Positions 53,367-61,705 of a DNA stretch of 64,000 nt are shown piece by piece. Position numbers and translations under genes: made by a program. This DNA is from a virus: IMG/VR virus record IMGVR_UViG_3300019487_000017; one strand, given 5' to 3'. The notes beneath the pieces were generated by a model. It worked only from the letters and a program-made list of their open reading frames with translations, was not told where the DNA came from and made no database searches. How positions within the stretch are numbered: the stretch's first letter is position 1; each line of letters begins with the position of its first letter.

Positions 53367-54026
53367 ATGGATTTACAATGGTATAGAGGTATAAAAAGTG
53401 ATTTAGAAGCAGCATTAAATGGTAAAAAAGTTGTTTTACATTCAGATAGACATCTTTGCAGGATACTCTCGTATCAGAATGGTGAGTATCATATAACTAC
53501 CTATCCATCTAAAGAAAAATTAAAAATTGCTGCTTCATCCCAATCTTTTAAATTTAATAATATTGAATATTGTGATTTAATTTCATATAATTATTTACAG
53601 TTTCAGCCAGAAGATGAAGAGACTATTAAAATTGCATATAGAAAATATTGTGATAATGATAATCCAGATGTGCAATTTGATGAATTTATAAATTCGCTTA
53701 CTAAAATGAATAAGTCTAAGAATCCCCTTGTAGTAAGCGAAGATAGATCTCATGCAGTATTTAATACAGTCATTACTCAAGGTGGGAGAGCGGTAGGAAC
53801 TGTAGACATTATTGTTTATTTAGAAAAAACAGGATTTGAAGATCCAGAATATCGAGTTTGTTCTTTTAATAAAAGTCGAGTTGTAGACCAAATCTTTGAA
53901 CTTTTTGTTAGACATGGGAATCCTCCATTAAAAAGTATTGTTGTCTCTTTAACCGACAATTTATTATCAATCATGTCTAATTTATTGAAAACAAAAAGTA
54001 TTGAATTTAAGCCTACGGCTTTTTAG
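53367..54026 (+). CDS. hypothetical protein
   Basis: 219 aa ORF. Confidence 0.55.
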   Translation: MDLQWYRGIKSDLEAALNGKKVVLHSDRHLCRILSYQNGEYHITTYPSKEKLKIAASSQSFKFNNIEYCDLISYNYLQFQPEDEETIKIAYRKYCDNDNPDVQFDEFINSLTKMNKSKNPLVVSEDRSHAVFNTVITQGGRAVGTVDIIVYLEKTGFEDPEYRVCSFNKSRVVDQIFELFVRHGNPPLKSIVVSLTDNLLSIMSNLLKTKSIEFKPTAF

Positions 54027-54034
54027 AATCAAGG

Positions 54035-54391
54035 ATGATGTTTATGCTCAAAGCCTTAATTGTAGACGATGATAAAGCTTCCAATAGAGCTATTTCTTTA
54101 TTATTATCTTCTGAGGGTTGGTCTACAGAGTCTGCTTATAGTTTTGCAGATGGAGTAAAAAGTTTAAAAGAAGATATAAACTATGCTATTTTAGATATCA
54201 TGTTGCCAGATGGTAACGGCTTAGATATATTAAAAATAATCAAACAGGATTATCCTCATATTAAGACTATTTTAGTTACAGGTACATATATATCTAATCC
54301 TAAAGATTTTTTTAAAACTCATTTACCAGACTTTTTCTTTCAAAAACCGATTGACTACAATTCTTTGATTAGAGAGATGAAAGGAAATTGA
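54035..54391 (+). CDS. single-domain response regulator (receiver)
   Basis: LIVDDD, ILDIMLPDGNGLDIL, LVTG, QKP. Confidence 0.88.
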   Translation: MMFMLKALIVDDDKASNRAISLLLSSEGWSTESAYSFADGVKSLKEDINYAILDIMLPDGNGLDILKIIKQDYPHIKTILVTGTYISNPKDFFKTHLPDFFFQKPIDYNSLIREMKGN

Positions 54392-54676
54392 CATGCCTCC
54401 TAAATTTGAAACATTTACTTTTGAATTTGACACATTAGATTGCGCCTTACTGGTAGGTTCTTTATATTGTAAGTTAAACCAAATAATACCTATAACCGAT
54501 ACATTAAAAGACATAAGAGAAACAAAATCCATAACTCCAGAGGAAAGAAAATCACTTCCTATAACACTAAAAGATTTATCTATTGAAGAGTTAACTGAGC
54601 AAGTAGACGCTTGGATTTCTTATGTTCAACAAGTCGAATATCTAATTAAAGTAATAGAGGAAAAGACTGGTCAAAA

Positions 54677-55099
54677 ATGCTCTTTAAATCCGTTGGACAA
54701 ATCCGAATTCACAGAGAAAGCTGGCTAGCTGTACATGCCTGCACAGATTTAGGAAGATACTATAGGAAAGGGTTTAATTGGATTCATAGATTTGAGAATT
54801 TTAAAATAGGAGATACGAAATGGGGTCCACATATATCAATAGTTCGTTCTGAACCTTCTACGAATATTGACTTTCTCCAAACCCTTCATGAAACAGAAAT
54901 TGAATTCGAGTATGAACCAGTCTATCGTACAAATGGGAGACATGTATGGTTTAATGTGTTTTGTGAAAGAGCATTTGAAATTCGAAAAACTCTTTTATTA
55001 CCAGAACCACCAATTTTCAATTTACATTTAACACTCGGCGTCTATCATCGTGAACATGAAAATGATATGACTCAATTAACGTTAATTGACACAATTTAA
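54677..55099 (+). CDS. 2H phosphoesterase-superfamily protein
   Basis: Two HxS/T motifs: PHISIV and LHLTLG. Confidence 0.62.
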   Translation: MLFKSVGQIRIHRESWLAVHACTDLGRYYRKGFNWIHRFENFKIGDTKWGPHISIVRSEPSTNIDFLQTLHETEIEFEYEPVYRTNGRHVWFNVFCERAFEIRKTLLLPEPPIFNLHLTLGVYHREHENDMTQLTLIDTI

Positions 55100-55110
55100 A
55101 GAAAGAACAT

Positions 55111-55959
55111 ATGAAAATTCATACGGTTACAATGACAGGTGCAGATGATTCAATTAATCCTTTAGACCTTTACAGAATATCTCAAACCTATCCTTATGTC
55201 GAATGGGGAATTCTTGTTTCTAAAAAATCAGCAGGAAGACCTAGATTCCCTTCTTACAACTGGTTAGATCAACTTGTTCAGCTTAAAAAGGCAAATGAGA
55301 ATCTTTTTTCAGGATATACACGGAATCCACCGTCCTTTTCTTGTCATATTTGTGGAGAATGGGTTAGACAATTATTACTAGGTGAAGAAGAAGTTTTTAT
55401 AGCTTTAAAACAGTATCTAGATATATTCGATCGTATCCAAATTAATACACATGCAGAACCTCATGAGATTAATAAGATAAAGTTAATTAACATTCTTAAT
55501 GAGTTCGTAGCAGATGATAAAGAAATTATTATTCAATGGGACAATGTAAATGGAGAAAAATTATTACATCCTCTTCTTGAAGAAGAACTAGATGTAAGTG
55601 TTTTATATGATTTATCTCATGGCGAAGGAAGGCTACCATCTGAATGGCCTGCACCTATGGTATTCCCTCAAGACGAAGATGAAGAAGATGATTATATTAC
55701 AACTGGTTATGCCGGAGGATTAGGTCCAGGAAATCTACAACAAAGTTTAAAGAATATAGAAGGCGTTATCAAAAATGCTGTTAATAAGGAACCAATTTGG
55801 ATTGATATGGAAACTCGTATCAGATCTAATAATAACCAGTTGTTTGATTTAACAAAAGTCATAGGTTGTCTAGAGATAGCGAGAGATTATGTAGCTATAC
55901 CCACCAGCACTTGGCTTAAATATGTTATCAGGGAAACAACTGAGGAAGAGAAACAATGA
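55111..55959 (+). CDS. TrpF (phosphoribosylanthranilate isomerase)-like TIM-barrel protein
   Basis: TMTGADD, VEWGIL, HICG, RIQIN, LYDLSHGEG, GYAGGLGPGN, WIDMET. Confidence 0.62.
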   Translation: MKIHTVTMTGADDSINPLDLYRISQTYPYVEWGILVSKKSAGRPRFPSYNWLDQLVQLKKANENLFSGYTRNPPSFSCHICGEWVRQLLLGEEEVFIALKQYLDIFDRIQINTHAEPHEINKIKLINILNEFVADDKEIIIQWDNVNGEKLLHPLLEEELDVSVLYDLSHGEGRLPSEWPAPMVFPQDEDEEDDYITTGYAGGLGPGNLQQSLKNIEGVIKNAVNKEPIWIDMETRIRSNNNQLFDLTKVIGCLEIARDYVAIPTSTWLKYVIRETTEEEKQ

Positions 55960-56336
55960 AAACATATAAAGAACTAAAAGATGAAGTTTTTCTAGCCCGG
56001 AAAAAACTTGACAAACTAAAAAAACATAAATTTGATCTAATTTTAAATGGAACAAAGATATTATTTGAAATCCTTGAAACCGATTTTCAATGGGTCTTAC
56101 AAGATTTCAAAACATTTTATCCTGACCAAACTATTCAAGTCGCAGAAAAAGAAGGTTGGGTATTAAATAAACAGGGAAGTATTCCAGTTTGAGAGTATCG
56201 CGACTACTCCATCAAATCTGAGCAATTAGATCTCCGTAAAGGGACAAATAGATTGCGTAATAATTACGCTTACTCAGCTTATTTGTCAAACCGCTTCGGA
56301 GTTCAAGACTGGGAATAATTTGTATAAAAAAGAAGA

Positions 56337-56479
56337 CGGTTGATAATCTCAAGATAGTGGTCGGTTTTATGGGTGTGAAGAGTAGGATTTGAACCTACAA
56401 CCTTCGCCTTGACATGGCGATGCTCAACCAATTGAGCTAACTTCTGAAAAAACCAACTAGTTCTTAAGATTATCAACCG
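56337..56479 (-). ncRNA. array unit 1: terminal stem enclosing a non-permuted tRNA-Asp(GTC)-like domain with defective acceptor stem
   Basis: cggttgataatct..aaga inverted repeat; - strand D arm tagctcaattggttgagc, tcgcc-atgtcaa-ggcga, gtagg-ttcaaat-cctac; acceptor reduced to gaag/cttc, no CCA. Confidence 0.8.
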
Positions 56480-56504
56480 CCCTCAAATGCTGCGATTGAA
56501 TATG

Positions 56505-56678
56505 CTTTCATTGTTCTAGTCTAATCAGGATAGTCGTTCGTTTTGTTTGGTGTTACACTTTAATAGAGTGTTGCCTTTCCACTAGGCTACCATCGCGTTC
56601 ATTGGTGCGATAGGCAGGATTCGAACCTGCGTTTCTGAAAAAACGAAACAGTCCCTGATGAGACTGGAACAATGAAAG
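56505..56678 (-). ncRNA. array unit 2: Y-RNA-like RNA with circularly permuted tRNA domain (T-acceptor-D-anticodon)
   Basis: ~25-bp terminal stem; - strand gcagg-ttcgaat-cctgc, ctatcgc-ACCA..gcgatgg, tagcctagtggaaaggc, acact-ctattaa-agtgt. Confidence 0.8.
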
Positions 56679-56687
56679 GAATCTTTA

Positions 56688-56966
56688 GATTGTCAATTAG
56701 TCCAAACAGGATAGATACCCGTTGCTTGCGTTGTAAAACACAGTCCCTTAAACTGTTGCCTTTTCCAATTAGGCTACTCCTCCGTTATTGTCTATGGTAG
56801 CCAATTTTCATTGGTACTAACATAAACTGGTTTTGGAGCTCCGCTTGCCAGATTAGAGGTTTTACCCTTTGTACCTAACAAACGGAGCATATGGAGGAGG
56901 TAGGATTCGAACCTACATAAGTTGCTGAATCAACGAATTAGTCCCTGTTGGGACTAATTGACAATC
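56688..56966 (-). ncRNA. array unit 3: permuted tRNA-like domain with 109-nt structured insert in the acceptor loop
   Basis: ~23-bp terminal stem; gtagg-ttcgaat-cctac, ctcctcc..ggaggag, tagcctaattggaaaaggc, acagt-ttaaggg-actgt. Confidence 0.8.
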
Positions 56967-56977
56967 GTTCGTTCAAA

Positions 56978-57169
56978 ACTCTTATGAGTCAGAGCCAGGA
57001 TAGGTACTCGTTGCTTGCGTTTTCACTAAGCTACCTTGCCATTCTCCATTCTCGCAAGAACAGAGAGTGGCAAGGGTTGGATTCGAACCAACGGTAATCA
57101 ATTTTCAAAGCTGATGCTTTTCCTATTGCTGAATCAACGTGTTAGTCCCTGACGCTGACTCATAAGAGT
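56978..57169 (-). ncRNA. array unit 4: tRNA-like domain permuted in the D-loop
   Basis: ~22-bp terminal stem; order ggaaaagc, anticodon-like arm, gttgg-ttcgaat-ccaac, ccttgcc..ggcaagg, tagcttagt. Confidence 0.78.
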
Positions 57170-57181
57170 CTTCATATTCAG

Positions 57182-57194
57182 TTTTTAAAGAGCC
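57182..57194 (-). promoter_or_regulatory. boxA-like antitermination element in ncRNA array leader
   Basis: - strand ggctctttaaaaa vs rrn boxA consensus TGCTCTTTAACA, 12 nt upstream of unit 4. Confidence 0.5.
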
Positions 57195-57465
57195 AACTTA
57201 TTGTATTCGACATTAAGTGCCGAATTCCTTCAACGAAAAAGATTCTATCATGATAATTTTCACAACCAAATCTTTTTTCATCTTTCGGACAACATTTCTA
57301 TGCGACAAATTATTTTCTCTGGAGAAACAAACCTTCAATCACATTTTTATTCCGCAAAATCTTAAATACCAATAACTTACAGTCTTTTGAATTTTCTTTT
57401 TTCTTTTTAATAAAGCTCTTAACTTTTCGTCGGTAATTTTCACAACATAAAAAACATAAGAATTT

Positions 57466-57795
57466 TTAGATTTTCTCAATTTTTTCTGTTGTCCAAGCTT
57501 CATTTGTTTTATGTTCGATGCCAACTGCTCCTCCATCATTAATTACTACACGCGGACTCTCAATATTAAAAAGGATAGCTTCATAAGACACTTTTAAAGA
57601 CCTAATGCCTTCTAAAGCTCCTTTTTCAGAATAGATAGGGTGATTCTTAAAGTTCTTATCCCCTCTAAAAGTGGTAAAGATAATTTGATATCCTTTTTTA
57701 ACAATATGATCTAGGAGATCTCTTGCCCCTGGAAGCAATTCATTTGTACCGTGCAAAAATAAAGTTCCGTCTAAGTCTAAAAAATATGCTTTCAT
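57466..57795 (-). CDS. small HAD-superfamily phosphatase
   Basis: YFLDLDGTL..IIFTTFR..RVVIND. Confidence 0.75.
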   Translation of the reverse strand: MKAYFLDLDGTLFLHGTNELLPGARDLLDHIVKKGYQIIFTTFRGDKNFKNHPIYSEKGALEGIRSLKVSYEAILFNIESPRVVINDGGAVGIEHKTNEAWTTEKIEKI

Positions 57796-57841
57796 ATTTA
57801 TATATGTGATATATTATTTTCTGGAGAAATTATAAAAATAA

Positions 57842-57876
57842 AAGAGGCTATGATAAGTTTGTTATCATAGCCTCTT
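57842..57876 (-). terminator. hairpin terminator after the ARPP-like gene
   Basis: aagaggctatgataa-gtttg-ttatcatagcctctt perfect inverted repeat. Confidence 0.65.
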
Positions 57877-57883
57877 GTTGAAG

Positions 57884-58933
57884 TTACATGCTGAATGGTT
57901 TTGCAGTTAACCATTCTTCATTATCTTTCCAATGCTTAGTAGAGATTAATGATGCATAAACAACGCTTTCATTTTCCCTGAACAGTTGTCCAACGAAACG
58001 AGCATTTACATCACCAACATCCTCTACTTTCTTACCACCAGTGGATGTACCAGAAGTTTTAACTGGTAAATCCGATTCGCAAACAGAGTCTACCAGATTC
58101 TTGACACGCTGATACTCCAAGTTCTTTGCAGTACGCAATGCATCTTTAAGATCTGCAATCTTCTCTGAAAACGAACGTCCTTTTGTTTGACGTAGCTCAA
58201 CTCGTGTCTTAGGCACAGGCGGTACTCCGCCTGCTTTACGACTCTCAAGGATTGCCATTGAGCCGTAGCATTCACGAATAAGCATTGACCAAACTTGCAA
58301 CCAATATTTTGTATTAGGTGCGCGTTCTACGCCAACAACTTTTCCACCGATCAAAACAATAGCGCCAATCTGATTCGTTACTGGTTCAAATTCAGCAACG
58401 AATTGATCCAACTGCGTTTCGTACTGATCAAGAAACGCAATCAGATTGCTTGCTGTAGATCGAACGCCAGTTTCGTTGAGAAACTCACCGATTGCGGGCC
58501 ACAGACGACCTAATTCAGTTCCGCCACGAGTTTTTAACGCACTTTCTCGTAAAGTAACAGGCAAGATGATAAGCCTGTTATCATCTGACGCCTGAATGTT
58601 ACCAGGCTGGCTTTGCTGAATACAAACCGCAGAATTAAAAGTTGCATTTTTCTTTTTTGCAACCCAACCAGCAGTTGTCATAGAATGGTCCTGCGCTCGC
58701 TGTTTAGTAAGAACAGCCATTTGTGCTGGAACAATCATATCTGCTTCAGCGTTTGCAGAGTTATCAAACGTTAAGTTTGCATACCCTGGGTTTCCCACTT
58801 GACGAGCGATAGGTGCAACATAATGATCGAATGTTACATCGCTGACAAGTGGAATAACTTGCATGAAACCGACAGTTTGAATCTGACCGACTTCACAACC
58901 TCGCAATACATCTGAGATTCTAACTGTAGACAT
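57884..58933 (-). CDS. ARPP (DUF6569-like) family protein
   Basis: MQVIPL..YANLTFDN..QRAQDH..AVCIQQSQPG..LWPAIG..FVAEFEPV.NQIGAIVLIGGKVVGVE pattern; family recalled, not searched. Confidence 0.55.
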   Translation of the reverse strand: MSTVRISDVLRGCEVGQIQTVGFMQVIPLVSDVTFDHYVAPIARQVGNPGYANLTFDNSANAEADMIVPAQMAVLTKQRAQDHSMTTAGWVAKKKNATFNSAVCIQQSQPGNIQASDDNRLIILPVTLRESALKTRGGTELGRLWPAIGEFLNETGVRSTASNLIAFLDQYETQLDQFVAEFEPVTNQIGAIVLIGGKVVGVERAPNTKYWLQVWSMLIRECYGSMAILESRKAGGVPPVPKTRVELRQTKGRSFSEKIADLKDALRTAKNLEYQRVKNLVDSVCESDLPVKTSGTSTGGKKVEDVGDVNARFVGQLFRENESVVYASLISTKHWKDNEEWLTAKPFSM

Positions 58934-58951
58934 AATACACTTCCTTTCTCT

Positions 58952-60571
58952 TTAAGCAGCCTGAGATTCCAACATTGGAATAGTCTTATTCAAAAGACCA
59001 CGAATACCGTTTTCAATATCTGCTGCTAAAGCAGCGCGGATCATTGAAACACCGATACCTTCTGGCTTAGAAACAGACATTAGTGCTGCATCGTTAGAAA
59101 GACGACGAACCGCACCAACTTCTTTACCCACAGCTTCTGCAGCCATTGTTGGCGTTAACTGATAGATAGGTGTATCAATACCCATCTTGCGTAAACGCTC
59201 AATAACTTCAGCGGTACGACCGGCTGGAGCGTTTTCGTATCCATCCGTAATTAAGAAAACTGCTTCTGGATTATTATCCAATGCTTCAAGCAATGAATCA
59301 GCCAGAGAAGTTTCACCAGATGGAACAACCATACCCAATGAATCAAAGTCTCCATTTGTAGCAACAACAACTGCATCCTCTGTTGCAGATGCAGATAGTA
59401 CATCACGCAACGCTAATGCAATTGCTATTGGGCGATTTTTCTGTTCTTTTGAGCCAGTCATAGAACGAGAATTATCAACGACCACACCAATATTGCGATA
59501 CGAAAATGGGATAGTTGCAGCAACCTGTTTTGCCTTTTTGTTCAAAGCAGAACGGATTTCCTGATTCATACCCATTTCTAAAGCATAAACATAGAGTTTT
59601 ACCATGTCTTGCTTTGTTGGATCGAATTTGATTTCAACACCAGCTTCGCGAGCTGCGCGTTGAACGGTCATTTTTTCGCCTTCTGTCATGGTCTCCTTGG
59701 TTAATTCAAGGATCTGTGACGAAGGAATATACTTATGGTAAACACTTCGGATACCTTCTAAAACTTCTTTTGGAAGTTTCTTACCTGCACTTAGATCTTG
59801 ATGAGCTTCCATAAAAGAGCGAATTAAATCACTCTTGTACGGCGCACGAACTTCTCCACCTAGAACAAAACAAATAACTTCATAAACAGTCTTACGTACA
59901 GTCGCATCAGTCATATCCTGTTCGCTGTACTTATCGATCAGCTTACGCAAACTGTTCTTTTCGTCTGTATTTCGACGAGATTCAGGTTTTGAAAGCGTTA
60001 CACGAACAAAAGTAGCAACTTTTTGACCCCATGCGTGAGTTAAAGCAGTTGCCATTTTTTGGCGGTACTTTACAGCCCACCATTCTAAATTTTCTGCGCC
60101 CAAAATAGAACGAAGAATAAATGTGCGAGTACGCTTGTTATTTACTTTGCCTTCTCGCAACATGCCAATCATCTTAAGTAAACGTTGAGCTGGCAAGCGT
60201 TTAGAAAGAAACGAAATTACCTTTCGTTCTTGTTCATCAGTAATCATGGAGCTTTCATCCTGACCAGTCTTATCATCAAGTAAACGGGTTAAACCTCGCT
60301 GACTTGAATAGTCTGTGAGACCTGGCAGGGTAAGCAATGCCGCATACAATCCACGGTTAACAGCAAAAACTGCATCATGAATTTTATCAATTGCGGTTTG
60401 CTGTTCTTCTTTTGTATTGTAGAACGTAGATTTGCCTGTAGCCGTAGAAGCCATATCAAGGAAGGCTACAACTGCATTCCTGACATCTTCTTTAGCACGG
60501 GATGCCACAACTACACGTCCATTACTATCTAAAGACGCAAGTGCATTACAGGATTTAGTTAAAGTAGCCAT
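58952..60571 (-). CDS. 539 aa helical + C-terminal vWA protein (Ro60/TROVE-like architecture)
   Basis: MIDAS motif VVVDNSRSM, GETSL, FLITDGYENAP; basic helical N-terminal region of ~360 aa. Confidence 0.7.
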   Translation of the reverse strand: MATLTKSCNALASLDSNGRVVVASRAKEDVRNAVVAFLDMASTATGKSTFYNTKEEQQTAIDKIHDAVFAVNRGLYAALLTLPGLTDYSSQRGLTRLLDDKTGQDESSMITDEQERKVISFLSKRLPAQRLLKMIGMLREGKVNNKRTRTFILRSILGAENLEWWAVKYRQKMATALTHAWGQKVATFVRVTLSKPESRRNTDEKNSLRKLIDKYSEQDMTDATVRKTVYEVICFVLGGEVRAPYKSDLIRSFMEAHQDLSAGKKLPKEVLEGIRSVYHKYIPSSQILELTKETMTEGEKMTVQRAAREAGVEIKFDPTKQDMVKLYVYALEMGMNQEIRSALNKKAKQVAATIPFSYRNIGVVVDNSRSMTGSKEQKNRPIAIALALRDVLSASATEDAVVVATNGDFDSLGMVVPSGETSLADSLLEALDNNPEAVFLITDGYENAPAGRTAEVIERLRKMGIDTPIYQLTPTMAAEAVGKEVGAVRRLSNDAALMSVSKPEGIGVSMIRAALAADIENGIRGLLNKTIPMLESQAA

Positions 60572-60706
60572 GATATTGCCTTCCTTTCAATTTTATAGTC
60601 GATATCTTAAATCGCAGAAGATGGCTAAACAGCCAAAAAGGTTCTCTGGAGAAAACTGAATTTGTACATTAACTCCAGATACAATGTTATATCAATAATT
60701 AAGCAC

Positions 60707-61315
60707 ATGTCATCGGTAAAACCTAATATTATCGTATTTGGTGGCACATTTGACCCACCTCATAAGGGACACATCGGACCCGTTCAAGAGATTAAAAAGA
60801 TAAAAAATTCTTCATTTGTGGTTTACGTGCCTGTTGGAAGACCTCCCCATAAATCCAAGATTTTAGACGCTCCCCTTCGTTTAGAATTGTTAAGAAGTAG
60901 TCTGGAGGGGATTTCTGATACTATTATAGATGAATTTGAAATTCACAAAACCACCATTTGTTATTCATATGAAACATTAGAATATTTATATGAAAGATAT
61001 AAAGGGTATGAACTGTTGTTAACAGTAGGTTCAGATCAGGCTAAAAAATTTAGTCGATGGAAGAATGTATCCAGAATTTTAGAAATAGCTAAACCAGTAT
61101 GCATGGTTAGAGATGAATGTTATGATATTCCAAATTGGCATTTCGATATCATAAATGTGGCTGATTATCACATATCAAGTACTATGCTACGGGAAAAACT
61201 TAAACAGTGTTTATATGATGATCCAATAGTACAAAAATGGATCTTTCCACAAACTCTAGATCTGATTAAGAGGCAAAAAGTATATGAGCATCAGTCTTCT
61301 ACTAGCATTCGTTAA
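60707..61315 (+). CDS. nadD: nicotinate/nicotinamide-nucleotide adenylyltransferase
   Basis: FGGTFDPPHKGH, PPHK, GSDQ..W, ISSTMLRE; probable ATG at 60707. Confidence 0.88.
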   Translation: MSSVKPNIIVFGGTFDPPHKGHIGPVQEIKKIKNSSFVVYVPVGRPPHKSKILDAPLRLELLRSSLEGISDTIIDEFEIHKTTICYSYETLEYLYERYKGYELLLTVGSDQAKKFSRWKNVSRILEIAKPVCMVRDECYDIPNWHFDIINVADYHISSTMLREKLKQCLYDDPIVQKWIFPQTLDLIKRQKVYEHQSSTSIR

Positions 61316-61658
61316 TATATCTTTATTAGTTGGTATATTATTTCATTTTATCACCTTGTTTTCTTATGTATTAAATAGAACAAATTGGGAAGATAAAATG
61401 AAAGAAGCTGGTGAAATGCAATTTGCATTCTTTTGGATGTTTCCAGTTTTCTGTCACCTTGCAGTAGCAATTATCTTAAGTTGGCAACCTTATTTTGGTT
61501 TTTCAATAGGTGGTGTAGCTATTCTTGGTTTGTATATTATAGATTCGTTGCTGTTTGAAATACCCTATTTTACAAAATTGTCGAGCTGGGCAAGACTTAC
61601 GATACTGCCTTTGATTCAAGTCCTTATTACATCCGCTTTATTCCTCGCACTTTCTTAA
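61284..61658 (+). CDS. 4-TM membrane protein
   Basis: Hydrophobic segments. Confidence 0.55.
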   Translation: MSISLLLAFVNISLLVGILFHFITLFSYVLNRTNWEDKMKEAGEMQFAFFWMFPVFCHLAVAIILSWQPYFGFSIGGVAILGLYIIDSLLFEIPYFTKLSSWARLTILPLIQVLITSALFLALS

Positions 61659-61705
61659 TCTCCAGAGAGTTTAACCCTTTATCATATAAGCATAAGGAGT
61701 TAAAC

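Noticed and set aside
56181-56316. Hammerhead ribozyme
   Set aside because: ctgagta does not match CUGANGA and no correctly placed GAAA is present
56337-57169. CRISPR array or ordinary tRNA cluster
   Set aside because: No identical direct repeats with regular spacers and no cas genes; tRNA arms are permuted or lack a full acceptor stem and sit inside long terminal stems
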